Positions 7,857 through 17,772 of a stretch of DNA of 64,000 bases are shown here, one piece after another. The DNA is from an uncultured Chloroflexia bacterium (lineage in GTDB: Bacteria > Chloroflexota > Chloroflexia > QHBQ01 > JADMIH01). How positions within the stretch are numbered: position 1 is the stretch's first letter; every line of letters begins with the position of its first letter. Under the pieces are notes generated by a model that did not search any database, was not told the DNA's origin, and saw nothing but the letters and a program-made list of their open reading frames with translations. Both the position numbers and the translations under genes were made by a program. The stretch lies in NCBI GenBank assembly GCA_963797095.1, contig CAWCNY010000006.1, positions 32,001 to 96,000 on the forward strand, in the 5' to 3' direction.

Positions 7857-9467
7857 CTACTCCTCCGCCTCCACTACCTCCCGAGGAAACCGCACCACCA
7901 CCACCGCCGCCACCGCCGCCATCACAAACATCCCGAAGAACACCCACCACAGGCTGTTAGCCAGCGCCCCTTGCAAAGCCGAGCGCGTAGCTGGCGCAAG
8001 CAATGTCCGCGTCGTCAAATCAAAGAGCGCGTTCACAGGCCCCAGCGTCGGGTCCGACCCCGCCTTCATCGCCTGCGCGGGCATATCACTGACCAGCGCC
8101 TTCATAGCGTCAGTCGCCAGTTGCGGCGCGAGAGTAGCCGTCAGCACCGCCCCCAGCGCCGCCGCAGCCGTCGCGTTTCCCATGTTGCGGAAGAACTGCA
8201 CCACCGCCGTCGAAATACCCCGCTCGGACCACGGCACCGAAGCCTGCACAGCGATGATCATCGTGGTCGTATTGAAGCCAAACCCAACCCCGCACACCAG
8301 GCTGGCCACCAGCACCACCACCGTCCTCAGAAGCCCATTGCCCGAAATACCAGGCGCTCCTACCGTCAGCAGCAACAAGCACCCCACAAGCAATATCGCC
8401 ATGCCTGATACCGCCACCGTCCTGTACCCGAATCGCTTGATCAACTTCCCGCTCTGCGAGCTAGCTGCGGGCCACCCGATAGACAGCGGCGCGACCAGCA
8501 GGCCCGCCTCGATAGGAGTTCCACCCCACGCTCCCTGCGCGATCAGCGGCACATACGACGCAAACCCGATTAGCACTCCGCCAGCCACCATACCCACGAT
8601 GCATGTCACCAGCAGTAGCGGCTTCGACAGCAGGCTCAGCGTCAGAATAGGCGATACTGCCCTCCTCTCAAACCACCCGAACACCACCAGCAACGCAATC
8701 GCTCCCGCCACAAGCAATATCACCTGTGTTGAAAGCCACCCATCGCGCCCACCTTCCTGCAATGCCACCAGCCCCAGCGCAACGCCCACCGTAAGCGTCA
8801 CCCCGCCCATGATATCCACCCGCCCGCGCGAGTGTATGTGCGGCTCGCGCAGATACAGGAAAAAGAGCAGCGACGACACGATGCCAACCGGTACATTGAT
8901 GAAGAACACCCACCGCCAATCGGCGAACTGCACCAGCGCCCCACCTATAAGCGGCCCAACCACGCTCGACACGCCCCACACCGCCCCGAACACACCCTGC
9001 ATACGGGCGCGCTCCTCAAGATCGAACATGTCGCCTATGATCGTCAGCGAGATCGGCAGCACCGCCCCCGCCCCTATTCCCTGTATCGCCCTGAACGCGA
9101 TCAGCGAGGGCATGTTCCAGGCAAGCCCGCACAGCGCCGATCCCAGTATGAAAAGTCCCGACCCCGCCATAAACACAGGCTTGCGCCCATACATGTCGGC
9201 CAGCTTGCCATACAAGGGCACAGTGGTGGTCGCCGTCAACAGATATGCCGACACCACCAGTGAGTACAATGGCAGCCCGCCCAGCACCCCCACTATAGTT
9301 GGCAGCGCCGTCGCCACCACCGTCCCGTCCAGCGCCGACAGCGCCGTAGCCAGTATCAGCGCCACGATGATCGCGGGCTTGTTCAGCGCCATCGTCCGCG
9401 ACGGCCCCGCAGACTTTGTAGCTGCCCCTATGCCCTCTAATTCCTCTTCAGCAATGCTCGTTTCCAT
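7857..9467 (-). CDS. MFS drug:H+ antiporter, DHA2 (EmrB/QacA-like, 14 TMS)
   Basis: LDGTVVATALPTI, GKLADMYGRK motif A, GPLIGG, WRWVFFINVPVG. Confidence 0.92.
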   Translation of the reverse strand: METSIAEEELEGIGAATKSAGPSRTMALNKPAIIVALILATALSALDGTVVATALPTIVGVLGGLPLYSLVVSAYLLTATTTVPLYGKLADMYGRKPVFMAGSGLFILGSALCGLAWNMPSLIAFRAIQGIGAGAVLPISLTIIGDMFDLEERARMQGVFGAVWGVSSVVGPLIGGALVQFADWRWVFFINVPVGIVSSLLFFLYLREPHIHSRGRVDIMGGVTLTVGVALGLVALQEGGRDGWLSTQVILLVAGAIALLVVFGWFERRAVSPILTLSLLSKPLLLVTCIVGMVAGGVLIGFASYVPLIAQGAWGGTPIEAGLLVAPLSIGWPAASSQSGKLIKRFGYRTVAVSGMAILLVGCLLLLTVGAPGISGNGLLRTVVVLVASLVCGVGFGFNTTTMIIAVQASVPWSERGISTAVVQFFRNMGNATAAAALGAVLTATLAPQLATDAMKALVSDMPAQAMKAGSDPTLGPVNALFDLTTRTLLAPATRSALQGALANSLWWVFFGMFVMAAVAAVVVVRFPREVVEAEE

Positions 9468-9561
9468 ATTGTCCCATTATCACAAATTATGCCTGTATGA
9501 AAAAGAGTATGGGCGGGTTCAAGACCCGCCCTCACCGCCTATTGACCTGTTTATCACTCGC

Positions 9562-10221
9562 TCACGCACCCGTCATCAACTGGCGCAATGGCTCTTCACT
9601 CTCCTTGCTCGCCAGCGCGATCACCTCGTCGTCCGGTTGCAGCACCGTATCACCCCTCGGCAAGATCAAGCTGCCGTCGCGCAACACCGCCGAGATAACC
9701 ACGTTGGAAGGGAAAGTCATTTCCGCAAGCGTCTTGCCCACCACGGGCGACTTGCTTTCCACCGTCGCCTCCACGATCGCCACCTGTGCGTGCTTCAAAG
9801 TCATCAGGTGCACCAATCCTCGGTCAGGTATCTCCTGCTCGATGATGCTCAATATCACGTTGGTAGACGACACCGTAACGTCAATTCCCAGCTTCTTGAA
9901 AATCTCCTCGTTCTTGGGGTTGTTCACGCGGGCGATAGTGCGCGGCACATTGAACAACCGCTTGGCCGTCTGGCATATCACCAGGTTATCTTCGTCATCG
10001 CCCGTTACCGCCACCACCACATCGGCGCGTGCCGTGCCTGCCGCTTCCAGTGTGCCAAGCTCCGCGCCATCCCCCTCCATCACCACCGACCCGAACCGCT
10101 CGGCATACACCATCACCTTCTTGGGGCTTTTCTCGATCAGAAGTATCTCATACCCTTCATTCACCAGCGTCTTGGCAAGGTAGTATCCGACCTTCCCCCC
10201 ACCAACCACTATTATGTACAT
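9562..10221 (-). CDS. trkA: TrkA-family K+ uptake regulatory subunit (RCK N + C)
   Basis: MYIIVVGGGKVG Rossmann motif, AVTGDDEDNL, ARVNNPKN, C-terminal TrkA-C (PVVGKTLAEM..PRGDTVL). Confidence 0.9.
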   Translation of the reverse strand: MYIIVVGGGKVGYYLAKTLVNEGYEILLIEKSPKKVMVYAERFGSVVMEGDGAELGTLEAAGTARADVVVAVTGDDEDNLVICQTAKRLFNVPRTIARVNNPKNEEIFKKLGIDVTVSSTNVILSIIEQEIPDRGLVHLMTLKHAQVAIVEATVESKSPVVGKTLAEMTFPSNVVISAVLRDGSLILPRGDTVLQPDDEVIALASKESEEPLRQLMTGA

Positions 10222-10279
10222 ACACTCTCCTTACTTACCGCTCCCCACTCCCCACTCGCCACTTGTCCCTCGCCACTTG

Positions 10280-10711
10280 TCACTCGCTACTCGCACTGAC
10301 CATCGGCTTAGCATGCTCCAATATTATATCGCGTGCTTTGGTCGATACAAGCGTTGTAGGGCACACCGTTTCAAGGCCCAATTCATGATAGAGCGTTTCG
10401 CGACCAGGGTCATAGATGCGGGCCAGCACGTTCGGCACGCCGAATATCTCCTTGGCGATCTGTCCAGCCATAATATTCGTATTGTCGAAGTTGGTCACAG
10501 CAGCGAATGCGTCAGATCCATCAATCCCAGCCGCCTTCAGCACGTCCGCATCAATTCCGGTGCCAAGTGTGGTTTGTCCCCTGAAGGTTTCAGGCAGCCT
10601 GTTCAATGCGTCGGGGTCCGAGTCGATAATACTGACCGAGTGGCCCTCGGCCTCCATCAACTGCGCCAGCCGCGCCCCTACGCGCCCGCAGCCAAGTATC
10701 ACAATTTTCAT
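10280..10711 (-). CDS. TrkA-N (RCK) domain protein
   Basis: MKIVILGCGRVG, AVTNFDNTNIM, ARIYDP. Confidence 0.88.
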   Translation of the reverse strand: MKIVILGCGRVGARLAQLMEAEGHSVSIIDSDPDALNRLPETFRGQTTLGTGIDADVLKAAGIDGSDAFAAVTNFDNTNIMAGQIAKEIFGVPNVLARIYDPGRETLYHELGLETVCPTTLVSTKARDIILEHAKPMVSASSE

Positions 10712-10835
10712 TTGGTTCTCCTACCAGAGCAGTCGACAGCCCAAATAACCGGCAACCGACTACCAACAACTAACAACCAGGAACCTGAAACTATCGTCCC
10801 TCGTCCTTCGTCTATCGTCCATTGTCAACCGGCAA

Positions 10836-11382
10836 CTAGCACTCAGGCATCGGCGCACGGCAGATGTACACCCTGCAAGGTGCATGCTTCATCACATAGG
10901 GGATTGTCTTGCCCAGGTCCAACTCGCCCAGCTTCTTCTGGTATGGGGTGGACATCACAATCAGCTCACTCGCGCTCTCTCGCGCCATATCCACTATGGC
11001 TGCGCCCGCGCTCCTGGCCTGCAAGATCGTGGGCATCCACTTCCAATCCCAACTCTTGGGCCACCTTCTCGGCGTGGTCCAGGGCCTGTTCGCCCTTCTC
11101 TACCTGGTCAGGGAGGTCGGCATCAAGGGGCAGCGAGTGCGGCACTTGCACCACATACACCACGTCCACGGCCACGTGCCGTCCCTTGCCTTTTTTGCCC
11201 AGCGCGTACGTATACGCCAGCCTCATCGCCTCGTCGTCGATGTCGGCTCCCTTGACCGTTACCATTATTCGTTTGGGCTTGTTGTCTCTCTCCCTTTCTT
11301 TATCGTCTCCGTTGCCGTTATGACGGTCACGGTTAAATATGCTAGCCAATGTTTTACTCTTTCCTTCTCTTTCCTTGCTCAT
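10836..11382 (-). pseudogene. Universal stress protein, frameshifted near 11030
   Basis: N-terminal 'RIMVTVKGADIDDEAMRLA..VVYVVQVP' in one frame and C-terminal 'ILQARSAGAAIVD..LGKTIPYVMKHAPCRV' in another; may be an assembly indel. Confidence 0.8.
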
Positions 11383-12374
11383 CGACGTGTGTGGCCTTCC
11401 ACTCACCACACACACGTCTTAACTTATCTACAAGAATATACGTATAAAGGTTGCTTCTATCAACTCAGCCCCACGCGCGCCGTGCCCGCAATCCCACCCT
11501 TGTGGGCGGCGCAAGCCGTGCCGAAGTATAAACCTCAGGCTCGGTATGGCTCTTTCTATCGTCTGATCCGAGATTGCGACTTGTGGGCGGGTTGGAAGTG
11601 CCGAATGCTGCCCTCGATAAGTACCGGGGTACTGCCTCTCGCCGGGAGATGGTTAAGCACTGCTCGCGTCTCCCTGCCGGGAGTTTGTAGCATAAACTTG
11701 CCTGTTGGGAACAGCCATCCCCTTCCGGCGGATTTGTATCAAAGCTCATATTCAGGGGGCGAACAGCCTCTAGTTGGCCCGCAATCGATGCTATCCGGTC
11801 AGGATCAGCCCATCTTGCTTGCCGGACCTCGCCCCGTCGTCCGGCCTTCGGTCACGCCCGGTCTTGCCCTGAGCGTGCCACTCCTACCCTTCTACTTATC
11901 CTTATCCTTCCAGTTCTGCGTCATATCGCAAGTACTAATTATATCACATTTGCGCTCGAAATGCATGCTTTTGAACCAACAAAAACCAGCAAATCGTGCG
12001 CGAATCAAACTGGGCCCCCACGTAAGGGCGCTCAGTATCAATGCCCCTGCGGCCTGTACGTTTTCTACCTTATCGCCGGTGTTGCCTTTTGATTGGGTAG
12101 TGCTGCGTCGGCATTAACATCATGCACCAGAACTCCGAAATACTCAATAGTCCTATTGTCCTGCTATCACCCGATTTGCCCTATGATTTCTCTCCTATCA
12201 CATTTGAAGTTCCGAATAGTATTATCGATTGCACTCAAATACTCCTGGCGGTTTGTAGTTGGTTGGTGTTACTTGCCCACATTTTTACATCCTATATACC
12301 GGCTTATACTGACTTTGTCACATTCACATGCTAGTATTGATAATGGCAGATTCTATCCATGCAGGAGCAATGAG

Positions 12375-14363
12375 ATGAAGAAGACGAAAATACCACGGAA
12401 TCTTGCGCCAATCCTTCTGGCTCTCTTACTCTGGCTATTCTCGGCTCCATCATACAACGGGGTCACGCATGCAGTTTATGCCAACCAGCCGCAGAGCCTA
12501 TACTTCCCCGAAACAAGCCACTATATCGCTGGTAAGTTCCTCGCCTACTGGCAAACCGATGGCGGCCTCATGCGCTTCGGCTACCCGATCTCCACGGAGT
12601 TCCAGGAGCAGAATGCCATTGATGGACACATCTATACTGTCCAATACTTCGAGCGCGCCGAATTGGAATTGCACACTGAGAAGCAGTCACCCTACGATGT
12701 ATTGCCATCGCTGTTGGGCACATTCCAGTACGAGGAAAGATTTCCCAATGGTGCGCCAAATCAAATCCCCAATATCGGCGCGGATTCTGTGCTCTTCCCA
12801 GAGAGCGGCAAGCACCTTGGAGGTATGTTTCTCGCCTGCTGGCGGAGTGGGGGTGGCTTACCCGCCTATGGATACCCCATCTCTGATGAATTCGCGGATG
12901 CTTATTCGTCAGGGGGCAAGACCTACACAGTCCAATACTTCGAGCGCGCTGTACTCGAGTTGCATCCCGAAAACATCGGCACGCCCTACGAAGTGCTGTT
13001 AGGCCAACTAGGCAACTCTCGCTACCGGGCGATGTATATCCTAAAGGCGCCACCGGATATTGCCGTGCCTGTGCCGCCCACTATGTCGTCCCAAGCCGTC
13101 GCTTACCTGCGTGATGCGCTGGACTATATACAGTACAACTCAATCCTACGAGACAAGATGGATTGGGTTTCACTACGCAACTTAGCCCTGAATGTGGCTC
13201 GCAATGCTCAAACTACTTCAGACACCTATCCTGCCATCGATTCCGTGTTGGCCAGTTTGCACGACGCCCATTGTGTTCTCATTCGACCAGGAGAACTACC
13301 TACCGCTGAGCCTGCATCAAAGAGGGTCGGCATCATGGTGTGGTATCAGGATCGCATCGTAACCCGCGTAGAAGCCGGTAGCCTGGGCGAGCGTGCAGGT
13401 GTGCGTGTGGGCGATGTAGTAGCAGAGATCAACGGGTCTGCCGTTGAAGGGATAAGTGCTTCCGAGTTTTTCGCGCAGTTGTATGGCGGCTCGTATGTCG
13501 AACTGACATTGGCGCGTGCCCAGGAGGGCGATCTCAAGATCAGCATCGCTCATGAATACGTTTATGAATGGTCCATACCAAGCGGGCGCAGACTGGAAGG
13601 TGATATCGGCTATATCTCTGTGCCGTCGACAAGTCCATTTGAGGCTTATGATCCAGATGGCTATACCAATTTTGGCAGTGTTGGGCAGCAGATCATCAGA
13701 GATATCGACACTGCAAACCCTAACCCCATCCGTGGCTGGATTGTCGACCTGCAATTGGATGGAGGGGGCAGCATTTCTCAGATGGTGCTGGCAGCAGGTC
13801 CCATTCTTGGCGATGCCTATCTCGGCGGATACGTTGATAACGAAGGGCATATCACTGGATGGGTGCTTCGTAACGGTCGATACTACTGGGTAAAAGATAA
13901 CGCTGAAGAGCAATTGATAACCTGGATAGACAACCCATATACGTTGCAACGGCCCCTGCCACCCGTTGCCGTACTAACAAGCCGATTTACCGCGAGTGCA
14001 GGCGAAGCTACTTTGATCTCATTCCGAGGTCGTGCTTATGTTCGTACCTTTGGGCAACTCACCTATGGCGTGCCCAATGCTCCTGACGTAAAGGTTATGA
14101 GTGACGAGGCAATGATCAAACTGACCGTGGCAGTCGAAATGGATCGGACGGGGCATCTTTACGGCTACAACGAGAAGATACGTCCTGATCAGTTCGTGTC
14201 CCCCAATTATGATTACAGAGTGCTTGGTTCCGATGATGACCCGGCCGTAAAGTCGGCTGTTGATTGGCTGCACGGCCAGTTAGATGAGCCTCAAGCACGG
14301 AACAATAGCATTTCGACACAGTACGAGTATGTTCCTCTAATGAAGTTGGAGTATGTTCGTTGA
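12375..14363 (+). CDS. Secreted S41-family (tail-specific) peptidase with PDZ domain and two N-terminal FPE(T/S) surface repeats
   Basis: Signal peptide; two 'YFPET..GYPIS..YTVQYFERA.LELH' repeats; PDZ (AGVRVGDVVAEING); S41 motifs WIVDL..GGG, TASAGE, TFGQLTYG. RBS AGGAG before ATG 12375. Confidence 0.85.
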   Translation: MKKTKIPRNLAPILLALLLWLFSAPSYNGVTHAVYANQPQSLYFPETSHYIAGKFLAYWQTDGGLMRFGYPISTEFQEQNAIDGHIYTVQYFERAELELHTEKQSPYDVLPSLLGTFQYEERFPNGAPNQIPNIGADSVLFPESGKHLGGMFLACWRSGGGLPAYGYPISDEFADAYSSGGKTYTVQYFERAVLELHPENIGTPYEVLLGQLGNSRYRAMYILKAPPDIAVPVPPTMSSQAVAYLRDALDYIQYNSILRDKMDWVSLRNLALNVARNAQTTSDTYPAIDSVLASLHDAHCVLIRPGELPTAEPASKRVGIMVWYQDRIVTRVEAGSLGERAGVRVGDVVAEINGSAVEGISASEFFAQLYGGSYVELTLARAQEGDLKISIAHEYVYEWSIPSGRRLEGDIGYISVPSTSPFEAYDPDGYTNFGSVGQQIIRDIDTANPNPIRGWIVDLQLDGGGSISQMVLAAGPILGDAYLGGYVDNEGHITGWVLRNGRYYWVKDNAEEQLITWIDNPYTLQRPLPPVAVLTSRFTASAGEATLISFRGRAYVRTFGQLTYGVPNAPDVKVMSDEAMIKLTVAVEMDRTGHLYGYNEKIRPDQFVSPNYDYRVLGSDDDPAVKSAVDWLHGQLDEPQARNNSISTQYEYVPLMKLEYVR

Positions 14364-14398
14364 TCTACCTGATTCGAGTCAACAGTGAGGTACCGCCT

Positions 14399-14668
14399 AT
14401 GAACGCTGAACTGAAAGATATCGCTTCTTGTCTCTTCCTGGCGGCCATATTCATAATACTGGCCCTCCTCTATGGGTGGTTCGCTTCCGCTGGCCCCAGC
14501 TACGCAATGCGAAGGCTGATGCAGCAGTGGCCGGGACGCAATCCCCGCACAGATCCCAAGAGCGATGACTATCTGCATAGCCTCGTCGAAAAAGGGGTAA
14601 AGCAAAGCAAGAACGTCGGTGAAGATTGGGAGAAACTAGAGGGACCCGATAAAGATGCTCCCTCCTGA
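14399..14668 (+). CDS. Small hypothetical membrane protein
   Basis: GAGG RBS before ATG; one N-terminal hydrophobic helix. Confidence 0.5.
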   Translation: MNAELKDIASCLFLAAIFIILALLYGWFASAGPSYAMRRLMQQWPGRNPRTDPKSDDYLHSLVEKGVKQSKNVGEDWEKLEGPDKDAPS

Positions 14669-14742
14669 CCCCAATCGTCTCTCCATCTCTTGCTATCGGA
14701 CCTCTAAGAGGTTACAATTAACTGTAATCTACCTAGAGGAAA

Positions 14743-17646
14743 ATGATGCCCCGCAAGAAAGAAACTAAGAAGAGCGAACTGGAAGAGATAGTAAGCCATT
14801 CTACAAGCGGCAACGGTTTCGATGCCGAAGGGATGCTCGATGCCATAGAATCGGGCGATTTTGATGAGCCTATCATCGAAATAGATATAGTCCAAGCCCA
14901 GGAAGGGTCCGCCTCTCCCGAAATCGGTGAGCCTATCACCGCCGAGCCTGATGAAAAACCTGCTCGCCGCCGTCGCACAGGAGGCCGCAAACGCCCCATA
15001 AATGACAACAGCGTGCGTTTGCCGCTTCTCCCTCTGCGCGACATGGTGATTTTCCCACACATGGTCACGTCGCTATTTGTGGGGCGAGAAAGATCGCTTA
15101 AAGCTATCGAAGCAGCCATGACGGGCGAGCGTGCTCTGGTTGCTGTTGCCCAGCACAACCCAGAAGACGAAGAGGTTGGGCCGGAAGACCTCTACGATAT
15201 GGGCGTGGAGATAGTGGTTGGCCGCTCCCTCAAGATGCCCGATGGTACCGTCTCCCTGCTGGTACAGGGCCAGCGCCGCGTGCGCATCCTTCGCTATGTG
15301 CGCAACGAACCATTCGCGGTTGTCGAAGGCGAAACTATCGAAGACTCGCTCGATAAGACGGCGGCCACCGAAGCCCTTATGCGTGCTGTGCTCGCCCTCT
15401 TCGAGAAGATCGTCAAGTTCTCGCCCAACCTCTCCGAAGAGTCCTTTGTTGCCGCTATGAACGTGGATGAGCCTGGTTGGTTGGCCGATCTGATCGCCTC
15501 CACGGTCGAGCTAAACCACGAGAGCCGCCAGCAAATCCTCCAAAGCGTTGACCCCGTAGAGCGCCTACAGACCCTCAGCCTCATGCTCGCAAAAGAGCTT
15601 GACGTGCTCGATCTCAAGAACCAGATACAGGACCGCGTTCAGAGTGAGGTGGACAAAAGCCAGCGCGAGTTCTATCTGCGCGAGCAAATGAAGGCTATTG
15701 CCCAGGAGCTACAGGACTACGACCCGGCCACCCGTGAGGCCAACGACCTGCGCACCAGGATTGAAACCGCCGGTATGCCCGAAGAGGTTCAGAAGAAAGC
15801 CCTCGATGAACTGGAGCGCCTCCAGGCTATGCCCATGGGCATGCCCGAAGTGGGGGTTATCCGCACCTACCTTGATTGGCTGATCACCCTACCCTGGCAC
15901 ATTGAGACCCGCGATCATCTTGACATAAAAATGGCAGGGCAAGTGCTCGATGCCAACCACTACGGGCTTGGCAAAGTCAAGGAGCGCATATTGGAGTATA
16001 TGGCCGTGCGCAAGTTGGCCGAGGGGAAGATGCGCTCTCCGATCCTCTGCTTCGTTGGCCCTCCCGGCGTGGGTAAGACCTCGCTTGGACGCTCGATTGC
16101 CACTGCGCTTGGGCGCAAGTTTGTACGCGTGTCGCTGGGCGGTATCCACGACGAGGCTGAGATCAGGGGTCACCGCCGCACGTATATCGGCGCGTTGCCA
16201 GGCCGGATCATCCAGACTATGAAGACCGCCGGGACCATAAATCCGGTCTTCATGATGGACGAGATCGATAAAGTGGGAGCCGACTTTCGGGGTGATCCCT
16301 CGGCGGCTCTCCTCGAAGTGCTCGACCCCGAGCAGAACAATGCCTTCTCCGACCACTACCTTGATGTGCCTTACAACCTGTCGAAGGTCTTGTTCATCAT
16401 GACCGCCAATATCCTCGACCCGATCCCGCCGGCCCTTCTAGACCGTATGGAGGTGATAGAGCTTCCCGGCTATATTGAAGACGAGAAGTATCACATCGCC
16501 AAGCAATTCCTGGTGCCCCGCCAGATCGAAGAGCACGGCCTCACTCCTGCTCACATCAAGTTCTCAGATGGGGCGATCCGTCGCCTCATCCGCGAGTACA
16601 CTCGCGAAGCAGGCGTACGCAACCTGGAGCGAGAGATCGGCACCATCTGCCGTAAGGTCGCCAAGCAAGTGGCTGAGAATATGCCCCCCGAACCTATGGA
16701 CAGCGATCAAGCAAACGGTATGATATCGCCTTTCCCTGGCTCCGGACTCGCGGCTATTCCTTCACAAATTCATGACCCCACCTCCCAGGAATTGAACACT
16801 GAGCCGCTCGATGCAAGTGCCCTGGAAACTGAGGTTTCCGGCGTATCGTCGGATATGGCTCCGACCCCTCTTCCTGTCGAAGATGGCGGCGCTAGCAAGC
16901 AGCGTCGCATACGAGCGCGCGTGATCCACGACACCGACATCGAAGCCTACCTCGGCGCACCTCGCTTCGACTACGGATTGGCCGAGGAGAAGGATGAGGT
17001 AGGTGTAGCAACAGGAGTCTCATGGACTCCCGTTGGCGGTGACACCATCAGCATAGAAGTTAGCCTGATGGAGGGCAAGGGCGGTCTACTTCTGACAGGA
17101 CAGCTGGGAGAAGTTATGAAAGAGTTGGCTCAGGCCGCCCTCAGCTATGCGCGCTCTCGCGCCCGCCAACTTGGTATCGACCCTGCCCGCTTCGAGAGGA
17201 CAGACATCCACGTACATGTACCCGCCGGTGCGATCCCTAAGGATGGCCCTTCGGCAGGTGTTACCATGGCTACAGCCCTGGTGTCGGCTCTAACCGGCAG
17301 GGAAGTACGCCGTGACGTAGCGATGACCGGCGAGATCACCCTGCGCGGCAAAGTTCTCCCTATCGGCGGCCTCAAAGAGAAAGTGCTGGCGGCCCACCGT
17401 GCGGGTATTGCCACCTTCGTTCTCCCACGCAAGAACGAGAAGGACCTGGATGAGATACCGGGCAAGGTGCGTCGCGGCCTTCAAATGATACCTGTTGATG
17501 AGCTTGACGCCGTACTGGCGATAGCCCTCCGGCCGGCCCCCGGCCAATCGGATGTCAAGCAAGAGTCGCCCGTCAAGCCGCCACTCCCTGTCAAGGCGCG
17601 CACCCAGCGTCGTGGCGAAATGCCGGGCACGGTACGCGCAACCTGA
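14743..17646 (+). CDS. lon: ATP-dependent Lon protease
   Basis: [14 protein letters not shown]-domain, Walker [27 protein letters not shown] (catalytic Ser), GGLKEK (catalytic Lys). Confidence 0.97.
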   Translation: MMPRKKETKKSELEEIVSHSTSGNGFDAEGMLDAIESGDFDEPIIEIDIVQAQEGSASPEIGEPITAEPDEKPARRRRTGGRKRPINDNSVRLPLLPLRDMVIFPHMVTSLFVGRERSLKAIEAAMTGERALVAVAQHNPEDEEVGPEDLYDMGVEIVVGRSLKMPDGTVSLLVQGQRRVRILRYVRNEPFAVVEGETIEDSLDKTAATEALMRAVLALFEKIVKFSPNLSEESFVAAMNVDEPGWLADLIASTVELNHESRQQILQSVDPVERLQTLSLMLAKELDVLDLKNQIQDRVQSEVDKSQREFYLREQMKAIAQELQDYDPATREANDLRTRIETAGMPEEVQKKALDELERLQAMPMGMPEVGVIRTYLDWLITLPWHIETRDHLDIKMAGQVLDANHYGLGKVKERILEYMAVRKLAEGKMRSPILCFVGPPGVGKTSLGRSIATALGRKFVRVSLGGIHDEAEIRGHRRTYIGALPGRIIQTMKTAGTINPVFMMDEIDKVGADFRGDPSAALLEVLDPEQNNAFSDHYLDVPYNLSKVLFIMTANILDPIPPALLDRMEVIELPGYIEDEKYHIAKQFLVPRQIEEHGLTPAHIKFSDGAIRRLIREYTREAGVRNLEREIGTICRKVAKQVAENMPPEPMDSDQANGMISPFPGSGLAAIPSQIHDPTSQELNTEPLDASALETEVSGVSSDMAPTPLPVEDGGASKQRRIRARVIHDTDIEAYLGAPRFDYGLAEEKDEVGVATGVSWTPVGGDTISIEVSLMEGKGGLLLTGQLGEVMKELAQAALSYARSRARQLGIDPARFERTDIHVHVPAGAIPKDGPSAGVTMATALVSALTGREVRRDVAMTGEITLRGKVLPIGGLKEKVLAAHRAGIATFVLPRKNEKDLDEIPGKVRRGLQMIPVDELDAVLAIALRPAPGQSDVKQESPVKPPLPVKARTQRRGEMPGTVRAT

Positions 17647-17662
17647 TACGTGATGTCCTAAC

Positions 17663-17699
17663 AGAAAGAAGGACGCTTCTTGTGAGCGTCCTTCTTTCT
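17663..17699. terminator. Bidirectional intrinsic terminator
   Basis: 15-bp perfect stem AGAAAGAAGGACGCT / AGCGTCCTTCTTTCT between convergent genes. Confidence 0.8.
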
Positions 17700-17772
17700 A
17701 TTGCGGCTATTGCATTGTCGGAGAGGTAGGCGTTTTTGTCACGCCTTCCCTACAAGTGGCTGTGACAAGCCA

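Noticed and set aside
11383-12100. c-di-AMP (ydaO) riboswitch upstream of USP/trkA
   Set aside because: The GCUGAA, GCGGGGGA and CAGCUAAC core elements were not found.
16680-16920. Low-complexity insertion in Lon between the AAA+ and protease domains
   Set aside because: In-frame variable linker with no intein motifs (no N-terminal Cys or His-Asn end); catalytic motifs intact.
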